A DNA stretch of 64,000 bases from Nitrosopumilus sp. GTDB lineage: Archaea > Thermoproteota > Nitrososphaeria > Nitrososphaerales > Nitrosopumilaceae. Below are positions 39,541 to 50,031 of the stretch, piece after piece (positions within the stretch are counted from its first letter, which is position 1; each line of letters opens with the position of its first letter). The notes under the pieces are model-generated. The model ran no database searches, was not told where the DNA came from, and was given only the letters and a program-made list of their open reading frames with translations. The position numbers were made by a program, and so were the translations under genes. Location of the stretch: NCBI GenBank assembly GCA_965224195.1, contig OZ245040.1, positions 1,888,001-1,952,000 on the forward strand, written 5' to 3'.

Positions 39541-40316
39541 TTTACAATATCCTCAAATATTTTATCTGAATCTTCAACAAGAATTCCTCTTTTATTGAAG
39601 AATCTTCCAATGTTATTAATATCACGTTTAAGAAATCCTTTGGCATTTGGATGTCTAAGATCAACCCCAGAACCCAAATCAAAAACAACTAGGCCTTTTT
39701 CAGTTTTGAAAATATTATACTCTGAAAAATCACCATGAACTAATTTTGCCTTTTTGTATAGATCATCTAAAATAGATATAGTCTGGGCATAGTCACCCTC
39801 ATCAACTTCTGAAGTGAGTAATGACTTTGCAGGAGCACCATTATCACCGATAAATTCCATAGCCAGAACATTATTTGTAACATATAGAGGTCTTGGAACA
39901 GGAATTCCAGCCTCATAACATTGAGTTAGATTTCGATATTCCTTTTTTGCCCACAGATATACAAGATTTTTTGTTCCCTTTTTCAGGTGAGAAAATCGCG
40001 GGTCTCCAAGAATGTATGGTTCACGTTTTTTAAAATTTGCAGTACTAACTAAATAAATTTTTAAAGCAATATCAACATCATGTTCATCAACACCCCAAAA
40101 AAGAACAGATTCCTTTCCTGCACTTACAGACCCATTAACATAAGCAATAACATGATCAGTGATCATTTTGTAAAGAGTCATGACAGTGGGTTTATCTAAA
40201 ACTTCATTGACTACTTTTCCTTTTTTGAATCCATCTTCTAGGGGGGATCGTTTTCGTTTTGATCTTAATTTATTATCTAATTTAGATTCTAATTTTTTAC
40301 TAATTATATCAGTCAT
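39537..40316 (-). CDS. rio1: RIO1 family serine kinase
   Basis: SAGKES, WAKKEYRNL, LVHGDFSEYNI. Confidence 0.93.
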   Translation of the reverse strand: MTDIISKKLESKLDNKLRSKRKRSPLEDGFKKGKVVNEVLDKPTVMTLYKMITDHVIAYVNGSVSAGKESVLFWGVDEHDVDIALKIYLVSTANFKKREPYILGDPRFSHLKKGTKNLVYLWAKKEYRNLTQCYEAGIPVPRPLYVTNNVLAMEFIGDNGAPAKSLLTSEVDEGDYAQTISILDDLYKKAKLVHGDFSEYNIFKTEKGLVVFDLGSGVDLRHPNAKGFLKRDINNIGRFFNKRGILVEDSDKIFEDIVK

Positions 40317-40400
40317 TGAAAATGGATACTCCTACTAGATAAAAGAGATTGCTGTTAAAATCTAAAAAAGTTTGTAAAGTAAAAATCAAATCAAACAACA

Positions 40401-40697
40401 TTACATATTAAATATAATTAAAAACGGAACATCAGAAACTGTCTTAACAGCATATTCAGAACCAACACCGAGTTTTAGAGCTAATGATACAGTGTCTTTT
40501 CCAGCCATGTTAATAATTGAAGAACTATTCAATAAAGATTCAGCTCCATCTTTTTCAACAAATCTTTCCCCATAGTAATTTTTACTAATATGCATAGTTA
40601 AATCACCTTCAACAATTTTTTTCCCCAATAACTCAGTGTCACAAATATTGAGCATTGATTGTTTTTGATAATTTGTAGTTTTTACCGAGAATTGCAT
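40401..40697 (-). CDS. DUF424 family protein
   Basis: ICDTELLGK..YYGE..INMAG. Confidence 0.85.
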   Translation of the reverse strand: MQFSVKTTNYQKQSMLNICDTELLGKKIVEGDLTMHISKNYYGERFVEKDGAESLLNSSSIINMAGKDTVSLALKLGVGSEYAVKTVSDVPFLIIFNM

Positions 40698-41119
40698 TAC
40701 GCATATTTACCTTTCAAAGTAGATTTTGCACCACATGCTTCACATATTAAAAATGATATTCTATTTTCTTTTAAAATTTTTGTATCAGGGCTTTTACATG
40801 TTGGACATTCAAGATAGTCTTTTACATAAATTTGAAATAATCTTGTAAAATCATCAGGAGCTCTTCTACCAACAAACATGGCCTTATCACCAAGTCTTTC
40901 TGCTGGAACTGCAAATTCTTTTGAAAGATATTGTAAAACTTTGTCAGGATCTCTTCGTAAAATCTTTGGAAATTCTGAAAAATTTCTTAAAAATGTCTTT
41001 TGACCTTCCCACATTACATCAACAATTGGAAGCTCAAATCTAGTTTGAGATTCCTTATCAGTGTCACCTAGTTTGTCCTGAATACGTTTGAGTAGATTCT
41101 CGTAATCTGATTTAGTCAC
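40697..41119 (-). CDS. eif2b: translation initiation factor 2 beta subunit
   Basis: RFELP, CPTCKSPDT, CEACGA. Confidence 0.95.
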   Translation of the reverse strand: MTKSDYENLLKRIQDKLGDTDKESQTRFELPIVDVMWEGQKTFLRNFSEFPKILRRDPDKVLQYLSKEFAVPAERLGDKAMFVGRRAPDDFTRLFQIYVKDYLECPTCKSPDTKILKENRISFLICEACGAKSTLKGKYA

Positions 41120-41188
41120 TAAAAAATGGTGCATGGTTGACCCTATATGGGTTTTGAAAAAGAGAAATCGTGTGGGTTTTGTTGACGG

Positions 41189-41341
41189 TTATTCTTTTGG
41201 CATTGCACCAATACGGAATACGTTAGTTCCACATGTTGGACATGTACCTTTTACAGCAGGGCGTCCGTTCTTTAATGTAGTTTCTTTAGGATCTTTAATA
41301 TCCCTTTTTGCTCTACATTTTACGCAATATGCTTGAACCAT
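41189..41341 (-). CDS. DUF5679 small Zn-ribbon protein, Cren7-like (50 aa, not in ORF track)
   Basis: Manual translation MVQAYCVKCRAKRDIKDPKETTLKNGRPAVKGTCPTCGTNVFRIGAMPKE. Confidence 0.85.
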   Translation of the reverse strand: MVQAYCVKCRAKRDIKDPKETTLKNGRPAVKGTCPTCGTNVFRIGAMPKE

Positions 41342-41590
41342 TATGAAATTTGTCAAACTTTGTGGTATTTAGGCAGAGGCTGTGAAAATTATTTCACTAT
41401 AGACTAGATGTGCGTAAATTTTTTTACGCATCAAAATAGCTATTTTACGACTAATTACAAAAAATTCCATCATTTTAAAAAAAATCTTAACAGTATTCTC
41501 AAAAATCAGGCTTTTTCGAATATTTATTTGATAAACAGAAATTTCATGAATTATTACCAATTATAAACTCCTTATTAGTAAAATTATAAA

Positions 41591-42091
41591 ATGGCATCAA
41601 AAAAAGGAATAGCTACAACAGCAATAATTTTAGCGGCAATTACAAGTGCAAGTTTTTTGTTATGGATTATTCCACAAAATGTTGAAACAACTTTTGTCGT
41701 GTCAGATTATAAAAATTATCTAGACGGAGTTAAAAAAATCCATGAAGTTTTAGAAGAATCGATTGAGATTGAATATGAAAATTTAAAAACAGGGGAAATT
41801 TTACCACAAGACTATATTTCAGTCACTGAAGTTACATCATCTCAAGTAACTACACAAATTAGTGAATTTGTAACATCAAAACCATCAGAAGAATGGCAAA
41901 CAAGTTACATCAATTACATGGAGGCTTTGAAATTATTTAATTCCCATATTATAGAAACCAAGGTTTTAGCCAAAATGATTGAAAATAAAAGTACTAAGGA
42001 TGAAATGAGTGAAACTTTGAAAAAAATAGATATGTTAAAAGCTGAATCTATAGAGTTTGTAAAAATGTCTGATCAATCAAGACCAGGCTAG
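41591..42091 (+). CDS. exported helical hypothetical protein
   Basis: N-terminal signal/TM. Confidence 0.75.
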   Translation: MASKKGIATTAIILAAITSASFLLWIIPQNVETTFVVSDYKNYLDGVKKIHEVLEESIEIEYENLKTGEILPQDYISVTEVTSSQVTTQISEFVTSKPSEEWQTSYINYMEALKLFNSHIIETKVLAKMIENKSTKDEMSETLKKIDMLKAESIEFVKMSDQSRPG

Positions 42092-42161
42092 CCTCAAAAC
42101 CGAATTTTACTATTCATAGAAGTTGGAAATCGTTAAAAGGTAATTTTGTAAAAGAAATAGA

Positions 42162-43307
42162 ATGTCTCAACGAACAGGTAAAGTTGAAAAGGATGTTAAT
42201 GCATCTACTGCCAATAAATTACTAGTAATTTGCATTGATAGGGATAATGATGTAGGTGAAAAAGCAGGTATTGTTACACCAGTCATTGGTAGAGATGCAT
42301 GTATTGAGGCAGCTCAAAGATTAGCTTTAGAAGATCCTGAAGATGCAGATTCAAATTCTATTTTTGCGGCAATTAAAACATATGAAGATTTAATCAGTAA
42401 AGGATACCAAGTTGAGGTTGTAACTGTTGCAGGGGTTAAAGATAGAGGAGTTCAAGCTGATGAAAAAATTTTAGTAGAAACAAGAAAGGTTTTAGAAAAA
42501 TTTTCGGCAAACGGTGCAGTTATTGTATCTGATGGAGAAGATGATGAAAGTGTAATACCTGTAATTCAAAATGTGCTTCCAGTAGTATCAGTACAACGTG
42601 TAATAATGAAAGTTAGTAGAAGTGTAGAATATTCGTATGCAGTTTTTGGAAAATATCTCAAAATGCTTGCATATGATTCAAAATATTCAAAATTCTTTTT
42701 AGGAGTTCCAGGAATTCTTTTGTTAATAGGAGGTGTTGCAACAGTGTTTGGTTATACCGCAGAAATATTTGCAGTACTAGTAAGTATTTTGGGTGGCGCA
42801 TTTTTAATTAGGGCATTTGATATTGATAGAGTATGGTCAAGTTGGTCAAAACCAACACCGATGGGTTTTATCAGAATGTTTACAATGGTTGCAGGTGTTT
42901 TACTAATTCTTTCATCTGTACCAGCTGGAGTTAGTACAGTTGATCCAGAATTAATAAAAACAGATGCAACATTTGTTTCAACAATTACAGACAAAATGAT
43001 AGTTGGACAATTCGTGTCGGGAGTAATACCAATTTTATGGATTGGGTTAGGTTCAATATTTGCAGGTATATTACTCAGTAATTGGATTGGGGGAATTCCA
43101 AGGCAGATTAGTGATATTTTGAGAATTATTGTATTGGGTGCACTTTACCCAACGGTATTGCAATTTACCAACATTATGATCAATGATGAACCCTCACTTA
43201 CACTGATTCCACCATTACTAGGAGGATTAGCAGCAACTCTAGTCTCAGCTACAATTCTCTTTAAAAAATATAGAAAGCATAAAGATCAAGAAATGATTTC
43301 AGACTAA
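42162..43307 (+). CDS. DUF373 family membrane protein
   Basis: LVICIDRDND, DPEDADSN, VSDGEDDE, multiple TMs. Confidence 0.9.
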   Translation: MSQRTGKVEKDVNASTANKLLVICIDRDNDVGEKAGIVTPVIGRDACIEAAQRLALEDPEDADSNSIFAAIKTYEDLISKGYQVEVVTVAGVKDRGVQADEKILVETRKVLEKFSANGAVIVSDGEDDESVIPVIQNVLPVVSVQRVIMKVSRSVEYSYAVFGKYLKMLAYDSKYSKFFLGVPGILLLIGGVATVFGYTAEIFAVLVSILGGAFLIRAFDIDRVWSSWSKPTPMGFIRMFTMVAGVLLILSSVPAGVSTVDPELIKTDATFVSTITDKMIVGQFVSGVIPILWIGLGSIFAGILLSNWIGGIPRQISDILRIIVLGALYPTVLQFTNIMINDEPSLTLIPPLLGGLAATLVSATILFKKYRKHKDQEMISD

Positions 43308-43394
43308 ATTCATTCAAAAATGAATTAATAATTCAAATTTCTGAAAAACACTGATATCTTCTATCAAGTGTAAATTATCAAAGGGTGAATAGAT

Positions 43395-44186
43395 ATTAGT
43401 AAAATCAAAGATTTAATTTTTAAGACTTCAGGACTCTATAAGATCTACAGTAAAAGATTAGAAAATGAAATTAAAAATGGAGACATTCCTAATCACGTTG
43501 CATTAATTTTGGATGGTAATAGAAGATGGGCCAAAGTGCATCTTTCAATGCCAAAAAAAGGTCATTGGAAAGGAGCAGATGCTGTTGAAAATCTTCTTGA
43601 CTGGTGTGAAGAATTTGATATCAAAATTGTTACTTTGTATGCACTTTCTGCAGAAAATCTTGATAGAAATGATGATGAATTGAAATACCTTTATGAATTA
43701 ATTCAAATGAGATTAGAGAAATTATTGAATGATCCAAGAATCCATAGAAGTAAAATGAGAGTTAAAGGGATTGGAAGAATAGAACTTTTGCCTGAATCAA
43801 TTAAAAAAGTTTTACAGCAATTAGATGAGGCCACAAAAGAATATGATAATCATTTTCTAAATATTGCACTTGCATATGGAGGACAAAATGAATTAGTAGA
43901 TGCAGTAAAAAAAATTGGAAGTAAAATAAAAGAAGGATCTCTTAATGTAGAAGACATAAACAAGAAAGAAATTGAATCAAATCTCTATACATCACATTTA
44001 CCACAATCATCACCAGACATGGTTTTAAGAACTTCAGGAGAAAAAAGATTAAGTGGGTTTTTGATGTGGCAAAGTGCCTATAGTGAATTAGTCTTTATGG
44101 ATATTTTTTGGCCAGAATTTAGAAAAATAGATTTAATGAGGGCAATTAGAACATATCAAGTGAGGAAGAGGAGATTAGGAAAATGA
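43395..44186 (+). CDS. uppS: cis-prenyltransferase (undecaprenyl diphosphate synthase)
   Basis: IPNHVALILDGNRRWA, RTSGEKRLSGF; frame extends upstream of the track start 43509 to a stop at 43386. Confidence 0.93.
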   Translation: MSKIKDLIFKTSGLYKIYSKRLENEIKNGDIPNHVALILDGNRRWAKVHLSMPKKGHWKGADAVENLLDWCEEFDIKIVTLYALSAENLDRNDDELKYLYELIQMRLEKLLNDPRIHRSKMRVKGIGRIELLPESIKKVLQQLDEATKEYDNHFLNIALAYGGQNELVDAVKKIGSKIKEGSLNVEDINKKEIESNLYTSHLPQSSPDMVLRTSGEKRLSGFLMWQSAYSELVFMDIFWPEFRKIDLMRAIRTYQVRKRRLGK

Positions 44187-44602
44187 TTGAAGAAACATCT
44201 GCAGGAATAGTATTATTTAGAAAAGAGGAATCTAAAAATTTATTTTTACTTTTACACTATCCTTCAGGACATTGGGACTTTGTTAAAGGTAAAATGGAAA
44301 AAAATGAAACAATTCATGAAACAGCAATAAGAGAAACAAAAGAAGAAACTGGAATTACCGATGTAAAATTTTTGGATAATTTTGAAGAATGGATTGAATA
44401 TAATTTTCAATATCAAGGTGAATTAGTCCATAAAAAAGTAGTATTTTTCTTGGCTGAAACAAATACTAAAAATATAGAAATATCTCATGAACATCTAGAT
44501 TACACCTGGGTGGATTATAATACTGCCATGGAAAAAACTACTTTTGATAATGCAAAAACAGTTTTAACAAAAGCACAAGTGTTACTTTCCAAAACTTTGT
44601 AA
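44183..44602 (+). CDS. NUDIX hydrolase (Ap4A hydrolase-like)
   Basis: HWDFVKGK..AIRETKEETG, ISHEH. Confidence 0.92.
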   Translation: MIEETSAGIVLFRKEESKNLFLLLHYPSGHWDFVKGKMEKNETIHETAIRETKEETGITDVKFLDNFEEWIEYNFQYQGELVHKKVVFFLAETNTKNIEISHEHLDYTWVDYNTAMEKTTFDNAKTVLTKAQVLLSKTL

Positions 44603-45322
44603 TTGTAATTCTTTTGCAACTTGTGTAGGGTTTTTTGAATTTAGAATTGTTCTTCCAACAATGAGATAATTAGTTCCAGATGAAATTACTTCATTTGCAT
44701 TACCTCCTTGAGTACCAACACCTGGAGAAAAAATACTCAAATTTTTTCCTGCTTGTTTAGAACAGTATTGAATTATTTTTGGAAATGTAGCCCCTACCAC
44801 AATTCCATCAACCTTTGCAGTTAGAGCCCAATTCAAAAATAGTTGGTATAATTGTTGCTTTTTACCCATTTTAATTTCCATGTCATATGATAATTTAGCC
44901 TCAGGTACGCTCATATGACATAATGTGATAATCCCTTTACCATTTTTGTGAGCAGATTTCACTAAATTTTTTAAACTATCAAGACCCATAATTGGATTTG
45001 TGATAACTGCATCAAATCCTAAATTCCACAAATGATCAGCAGTTACTCTATTAGTATTTCCAATATCATTAAGTTTGATATCAGCAATAGTTTGTAATCC
45101 ATATCTATGTGCAGTTTTGTTAATTTTTTGAATTTCTTTTCCACTTAGTGGTAAAAGTAAATGAAAATTTAATTTAATTCCACATAGAAATGGATGTAAT
45201 TGCTTTATGTTTTGAATTGTTTTTGATTCTAAATTTTTAACAGATAGATCATAATCATTGGCAAGAATGACTTTGCCATTAGTTTTTGATACCTGTGAAA
45301 GTCTAGTTTTGAAGGTGGCCAT
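44582..45322 (-). CDS. pyrF: orotidine 5'-phosphate decarboxylase
   Basis: ADIKLNDIGNT, SPGVGTQGG, IVGRTI. Confidence 0.95.
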   Translation of the reverse strand: MATFKTRLSQVSKTNGKVILANDYDLSVKNLESKTIQNIKQLHPFLCGIKLNFHLLLPLSGKEIQKINKTAHRYGLQTIADIKLNDIGNTNRVTADHLWNLGFDAVITNPIMGLDSLKNLVKSAHKNGKGIITLCHMSVPEAKLSYDMEIKMGKKQQLYQLFLNWALTAKVDGIVVGATFPKIIQYCSKQAGKNLSIFSPGVGTQGGNANEVISSGTNYLIVGRTILNSKNPTQVAKELQLQSFGK

Positions 45323-45983
45323 AATCTACTAGTGGGTGAGTGTCTTTCAATTTTATTATTTTGATATAAGAATATCCATGTTCAGATGGATTTTCTACGA
45401 ATGTTGGTTGTGTTCCATTAGTCGTAGAGAATTTTAAAAATGGATTTTGTGGATCGGAATCTAACACTACATGACAAAAATAAGATGTTCCCTCATCATT
45501 GAAATTCATGAAAACCCCAATTAGCCATTTATTATTATGAGGAAATAAGAATAATGGGAATGGGATCTCTTCTAGTCCCCAAGTAAGTTTTGCAAGACTA
45601 GACATATCTTCTAATTGAATTGGTTGATATCTATCCAAAGTGCCATTACCAGGTTGTAATGTTTTAGGTAATGATTTGATCCTAACAATTGGAGAATAAA
45701 GTTTGCTAGCATCTGAAGTAGTATCAACAATTTCTGATTCTTCTTTACCACCTTTTAATCCATAACAAAGATAGTGACCTTTGTTTTGAAGAGGAGTATA
45801 GTATACAATTGGTTTTTCTTTTAAAACATCCATCTGTACTGATAAAATTTTCTTTCCATCATAATCATGTAAAAATGAAACACGAGGAGCACGCTCTAAT
45901 GCACAAACGAGCCTAGTAAATTCTAAAGTTGAATGGACTTGGATGTAACGTGGTAATTTATCAGTAGTTTGTAACTTGTCCAC
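45303..45983 (-). CDS. hypothetical protein
   Basis: 226-aa ORF between purA and pyrF. Confidence 0.8.
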   Translation of the reverse strand: MDKLQTTDKLPRYIQVHSTLEFTRLVCALERAPRVSFLHDYDGKKILSVQMDVLKEKPIVYYTPLQNKGHYLCYGLKGGKEESEIVDTTSDASKLYSPIVRIKSLPKTLQPGNGTLDRYQPIQLEDMSSLAKLTWGLEEIPFPLFLFPHNNKWLIGVFMNFNDEGTSYFCHVVLDSDPQNPFLKFSTTNGTQPTFVENPSEHGYSYIKIIKLKDTHPLVDYGHLQN

Positions 45984-46032
45984 AGGGATTAGCTGTTGGT
46001 TATCAAATTAAACTTATCCAAAACAAAGGAGC

Positions 46033-47034
46033 CTAGTTTCTTCTATCAACAACATCATTGACAGCAGGACCAGTTCCAATAATTGTAACAGGCGTGTTTA
46101 ATTCTTTTTCAATATTTTTAATGAATGCTTTTGCATCTACAGATAATTTATCGTAAGAAGTTTCACCTGCACAATCAGTAAAGAGTACATCTAATTTTGT
46201 TATAGAAATTTGTGTCGCACCATTAAGCATAATTGCACGCCTAGCTAAATCAAAATCAAAATCTGCAACACGTCTTTGACGACCTGTAACCGTACCAAAT
46301 TCAGACCAGCCTTTTTTTTCTGCGTCTTCAAGTGAAAGTTCCTTATCAAGAGGTCCAGTTCCAACACGCGTAACATATGATTTGAAGACAATAATTACTT
46401 CATCTACTTTAGTTGGTCCAAGACCAATATCAGCACAGATTCCTGAAGCAGTAACATCTTTTGATGTTACAAATGGATATGTTCCATGCCAGAGAGAAAG
46501 AAAAGTTCCTTGTGTACCCTCTACCAAGACATTTTCATTTGCATCAAGTGCAGAATTTACCTCTAAAGGCACATCAACGATTAGGGAAGATAATGAATCG
46601 AAATCTTTTGCTAGTTTTAAAACTCTCATAGCACGGTCAGCATTTGCAGGTCCAGTTCCAGAACCAGTACTTCCAATTTTTTCTTTTAATTCTCCTTTTG
46701 AATCTCTGATCAAATGAGTTTCTTCAATAACCCCACAGTGTTTATCAATAAAAGAACGTCCTGTTACATCAAAATCTTGAATTTCTTTGTTAAGAACATC
46801 AGGATTAATTACAACACCAGGCCCAATCATTACTTTGGCATTTTTATTAAGAAATCCACTTGGAATCATTCTTACTTTATACACTTTATCTCCATCTCTA
46901 ATTGTATGACCAGCATTTGGGCCAGCACCACCGCGTACGATTATTTTTGGATTATCTTTAATTGCTAAATATGAGATGATCTTTCCTTTTCCTTCATCTC
47001 CAAAAAATCCGCCAACAACTACAGTTGATGTCAT
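46033..47034 (-). CDS. purA: adenylosuccinate synthetase (short archaeal form)
   Basis: GDEGKGK, GPNAGHT, EGTQG, GTVTGRQRR. Confidence 0.97.
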   Translation of the reverse strand: MTSTVVVGGFFGDEGKGKIISYLAIKDNPKIIVRGGAGPNAGHTIRDGDKVYKVRMIPSGFLNKNAKVMIGPGVVINPDVLNKEIQDFDVTGRSFIDKHCGVIEETHLIRDSKGELKEKIGSTGSGTGPANADRAMRVLKLAKDFDSLSSLIVDVPLEVNSALDANENVLVEGTQGTFLSLWHGTYPFVTSKDVTASGICADIGLGPTKVDEVIIVFKSYVTRVGTGPLDKELSLEDAEKKGWSEFGTVTGRQRRVADFDFDLARRAIMLNGATQISITKLDVLFTDCAGETSYDKLSVDAKAFIKNIEKELNTPVTIIGTGPAVNDVVDRRN

Positions 47035-47113
47035 ATTGTTAAACGTCTATTTGGTTTATTTAAGCTAAAGTATTTTCCATGATTTTATATTCAACATATA
47101 GAAATTTAGATCG

Positions 47114-47575
47114 ATGGTTGGTGAAAATTTTGTAGGTAATATTATTATCAACTTGGCAAATTTACCGGATTTTCTAAGAAATCCAATTTTAAAAAAAAGA
47201 ATGATAGAATTTTTTTCATTGTCTGATGAAGAAAAAATTGAAGTTATCAATAATGCATTAGAAGCTGGTCCTACAATTCCTTTTCCTAACTTTTCAAAAC
47301 TTTTCAAAACATGGCTCAAAATTTTAACAACATTATCTGAAGAACAAAGAGAAGGGTTATTTTCAGCATATATTACAGAGGTTGCTCGCTCACCACAAAA
47401 ACTAATTGAATTTAATGTTGATGGGATTTTAGAGATATTTTTGACATTAGAAGAAAATGAAAGAGAAATTCTTGCAATTACAATTAAAAAAATAATCAAT
47501 AATTTAGATGAAAATTCAAAAAGACGAATTTTGCTAGTGATACCAGAAAATGCTAAAAAACACTTAAAATTTTAG
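47114..47575 (+). CDS. hypothetical helical protein
   Basis: 153-aa ORF with natural composition. Confidence 0.75.
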   Translation: MVGENFVGNIIINLANLPDFLRNPILKKRMIEFFSLSDEEKIEVINNALEAGPTIPFPNFSKLFKTWLKILTTLSEEQREGLFSAYITEVARSPQKLIEFNVDGILEIFLTLEENEREILAITIKKIINNLDENSKRRILLVIPENAKKHLKF

Positions 47576-47853
47576 GCGCCTGGTCGTTCTTCAGGTTTTC
47601 GGTTATCTTCATTGGTGTAATCAACCACTTCTCCTTCTGGAGACAAAACACCTACAAAGATCTTCTCATGTTTTTTTAATAATTTCCTATGATCCAACAT
47701 AGACATATCAAGTTTCATCTCATTCATTACCATGATTTGATATTCTTTCCATTCAGCCCAACATTTGTTACATGTAGGATATTTTGCTGCAACAACTCCT
47801 AGTTCTTCGTTATCAGGGATAGAATTCTTACATTTGGTACAAGTACGACTCAT
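47572..47853 (-). CDS. Fe(II)-trafficking YggX-like protein
   Basis: CWAEWKEYQIMVMNEMKLDM..HRKLL; start at MSRTCTKC. Confidence 0.8.
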   Translation of the reverse strand: MSRTCTKCKNSIPDNEELGVVAAKYPTCNKCWAEWKEYQIMVMNEMKLDMSMLDHRKLLKKHEKIFVGVLSPEGEVVDYTNEDNRKPEERPGA

Positions 47854-47930
47854 AAAAAATAAGAATAATGAACTCCTTTTATCTTTTATTGAATGTAAAA
47901 CAATAATAATTATCAAAGAGGTATGGAGGC

Positions 47931-48140
47931 ATGAAGATAAAATGCCCAAAATGTAAAGAAAATGCAGAATTGGCAATGGATTATTCAGTTGTAAAATGTG
48001 GTTCTTGTGATTTGGATATGAGCTATGGAGAATACGTAAAATTTGTGGCTCATAATGAACCAAAATATTCAGATATTTTAGGAGATTATGCAGCTAGTAC
48101 AGAAGGCCATACTTCGGGTTCTTTGGATGAATGGGATTAA
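47931..48140 (+). CDS. small Zn-ribbon protein
   Basis: CPKC...CGSC. Confidence 0.75.
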   Translation: MKIKCPKCKENAELAMDYSVVKCGSCDLDMSYGEYVKFVAHNEPKYSDILGDYAASTEGHTSGSLDEWD

Positions 48141-48200
48141 CAAAATAGTGTAATGATTCATCAGATTAAAATAATTAATTAAACAAGATTCTATTCATCA

Positions 48201-48842
48201 TTGGAATTTTTATTAGAAAATATTCTTAACTTGGTAGGATTTTTGGTAGGACTTGCAATCGGCATAATGTCATATATTGGATTTAGAAATACAGGAAGTC
48301 CAACATTATTTAGATTAACAATTGCATTTTCTTCAATTAGTTTAGGATTTTTTGTCATATGGACAGGGTATATGGTAGAAGACTTTGTAACAAAAACAGG
48401 AAGTGTTGAAAGATGGATTCAAACTTTAGGAATTGCAATTCAAACAGTTGGATATTTTTTTATTGCATTTTCACATAGCATAAAATCATTCTTTCCAAAA
48501 TCTAGTTACTTTAGATCAGTTGGAATAATACCATTATTCCTAGTATCATCGGTTCAGTTGGAACATATTTTCCGATCTGTTTCATTCATCCTATTAGCAT
48601 ATGGTGCAATTGAAACAATGTTATCATATTTTGAAAATAGGAATAAAGGCGCAATATCAATTTCAATAGGATTAGGACTTTTAGCATTAGGAGAATTTGT
48701 AGGATGGTATTCATTTGTATTTCCGGAATCAATTCTGTACTCAGCATCAATGATAATCAAAATTGGAGGATTGATAGCATTATTCATTCCCGTAAGCAAA
48801 GTGCCTCTAACCAAGATAAAATTTGATGAAGATTTAGAATAA
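48201..48842 (+). CDS. multi-pass (about 7 TM) membrane protein, possible sensor
   Basis: Multiple hydrophobic helices; upstream of a wHTH gene. Confidence 0.8.
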   Translation: MEFLLENILNLVGFLVGLAIGIMSYIGFRNTGSPTLFRLTIAFSSISLGFFVIWTGYMVEDFVTKTGSVERWIQTLGIAIQTVGYFFIAFSHSIKSFFPKSSYFRSVGIIPLFLVSSVQLEHIFRSVSFILLAYGAIETMLSYFENRNKGAISISIGLGLLALGEFVGWYSFVFPESILYSASMIIKIGGLIALFIPVSKVPLTKIKFDEDLE

Positions 48843-48962
48843 TTAATTATCAGGCGCAAGATTTAGAATAATTTCAAATTTGTCAAATTCTTTTATCTTT
48901 TTAGTATATTGGAAAATATCAGTGCCCTCTCATAGAAATTAGAATAATCATCAAGTGTACAA

Positions 48963-49250
48963 ATGGCTGAATATAGAACACATATGAAAATTATTGGAGA
49001 TATTCTAGCAACAACAAGAGATGACTTACAAGATGAAGATGGAGCATCAGTTACTTATCTAATTAGAAAAGCCAATATTTCACATTCAAGGATTTCAACT
49101 ATTTTGAAAACTCTAGTATCTCAAGGACTTTTAGAAAAAGTAGACAATCAAGGTTCAAAGAAATATAAAATTAGTGATCCAGGTAGAGAATTTTTACAAG
49201 CATATTATACATTTACAAACTTTGCAAATGATTTTGGATTAAGCATCTAA
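48963..49250 (+). CDS. winged-helix transcriptional regulator
   Basis: YRTHMKIIGDIL..LIRKANISH..YKISDPGREFL. Confidence 0.88.
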   Translation: MAEYRTHMKIIGDILATTRDDLQDEDGASVTYLIRKANISHSRISTILKTLVSQGLLEKVDNQGSKKYKISDPGREFLQAYYTFTNFANDFGLSI

Positions 49251-49354
49251 TCTGTTACTTCTTCAGATTCAGCTAAATTATCATCAAAATCATCATCAAA
49301 ATCATCATCAAAATCATCTTCAAAATCATTATCCTCATAATCTATAGTTGACAT
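49247..49354 (-). CDS. 35-aa highly acidic peptide (not in ORF track)
   Basis: Manual translation MSTIDYEDNDFEDDFDDDFDDDFDDNLAESEEVTD. Confidence 0.5.
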   Translation of the reverse strand: MSTIDYEDNDFEDDFDDDFDDDFDDNLAESEEVTD

Positions 49355-49395
49355 ACTTTTCAAAGAAGTGTCTAAACTGTTAAAAACTTATTCAA

Positions 49396-50031
49396 ATGAA
49401 AATGATAATTAAAGAAAAAAATAATGATAATGTATTGAAAGTAAGTTGCAACAAAGAAGGCATAGAAAAAGCTTCAGAAATAATTAATTATGGAGGAATT
49501 ATAATTTTTCCAACGGATACTGTTTATGGAATTGGATGTAATCCATACAATAAAGAATCAGTAGAAAAAATCTATAAAATTAAATCAAGAAATATCATGA
49601 AATCAGTTCCGGTTTTAACATATTCAATTGAAACAGCTGAAAAAATAGTTGAATTTGATCAATTTACTAAAAAAATTGTTGAAAAATTTTGGCCTGGTCC
49701 ACTAACAGTAATTTTGAAAGTTACAGACAAGAAAATTAAAGAATCATTGCATTTAGAAAATAAAATTGCTATCAGGATTCCTGATCATAAATGTACATTA
49801 GAATTATTAAAAAAATGTAATTTTCTAGTAGGAACTAGTGCAAATATTTCTGGGGATTTATCATATACAGATCCAGAAAAATGTTTGAAAAAATTAGAAG
49901 CCTATGATGTTTTTGTTGATGGTGGTATAATTACAAGTAAAGGAGAATCAACAATAATTGAAATAGAAAATGAACAGATCAAAATAATCCGGAAAGGTTC
50001 TTTAACCAAAGAGGAAATTTTACAATCATGA
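49396..50031 (+). CDS. sua5: threonylcarbamoyl-AMP synthase TsaC/Sua5 (likely start TTG 49435)
   Basis: FPTDTVYGIG, FWPGPLTVIL, TSANISG. Confidence 0.93.
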   Translation: MKMIIKEKNNDNVLKVSCNKEGIEKASEIINYGGIIIFPTDTVYGIGCNPYNKESVEKIYKIKSRNIMKSVPVLTYSIETAEKIVEFDQFTKKIVEKFWPGPLTVILKVTDKKIKESLHLENKIAIRIPDHKCTLELLKKCNFLVGTSANISGDLSYTDPEKCLKKLEAYDVFVDGGIITSKGESTIIEIENEQIKIIRKGSLTKEEILQS

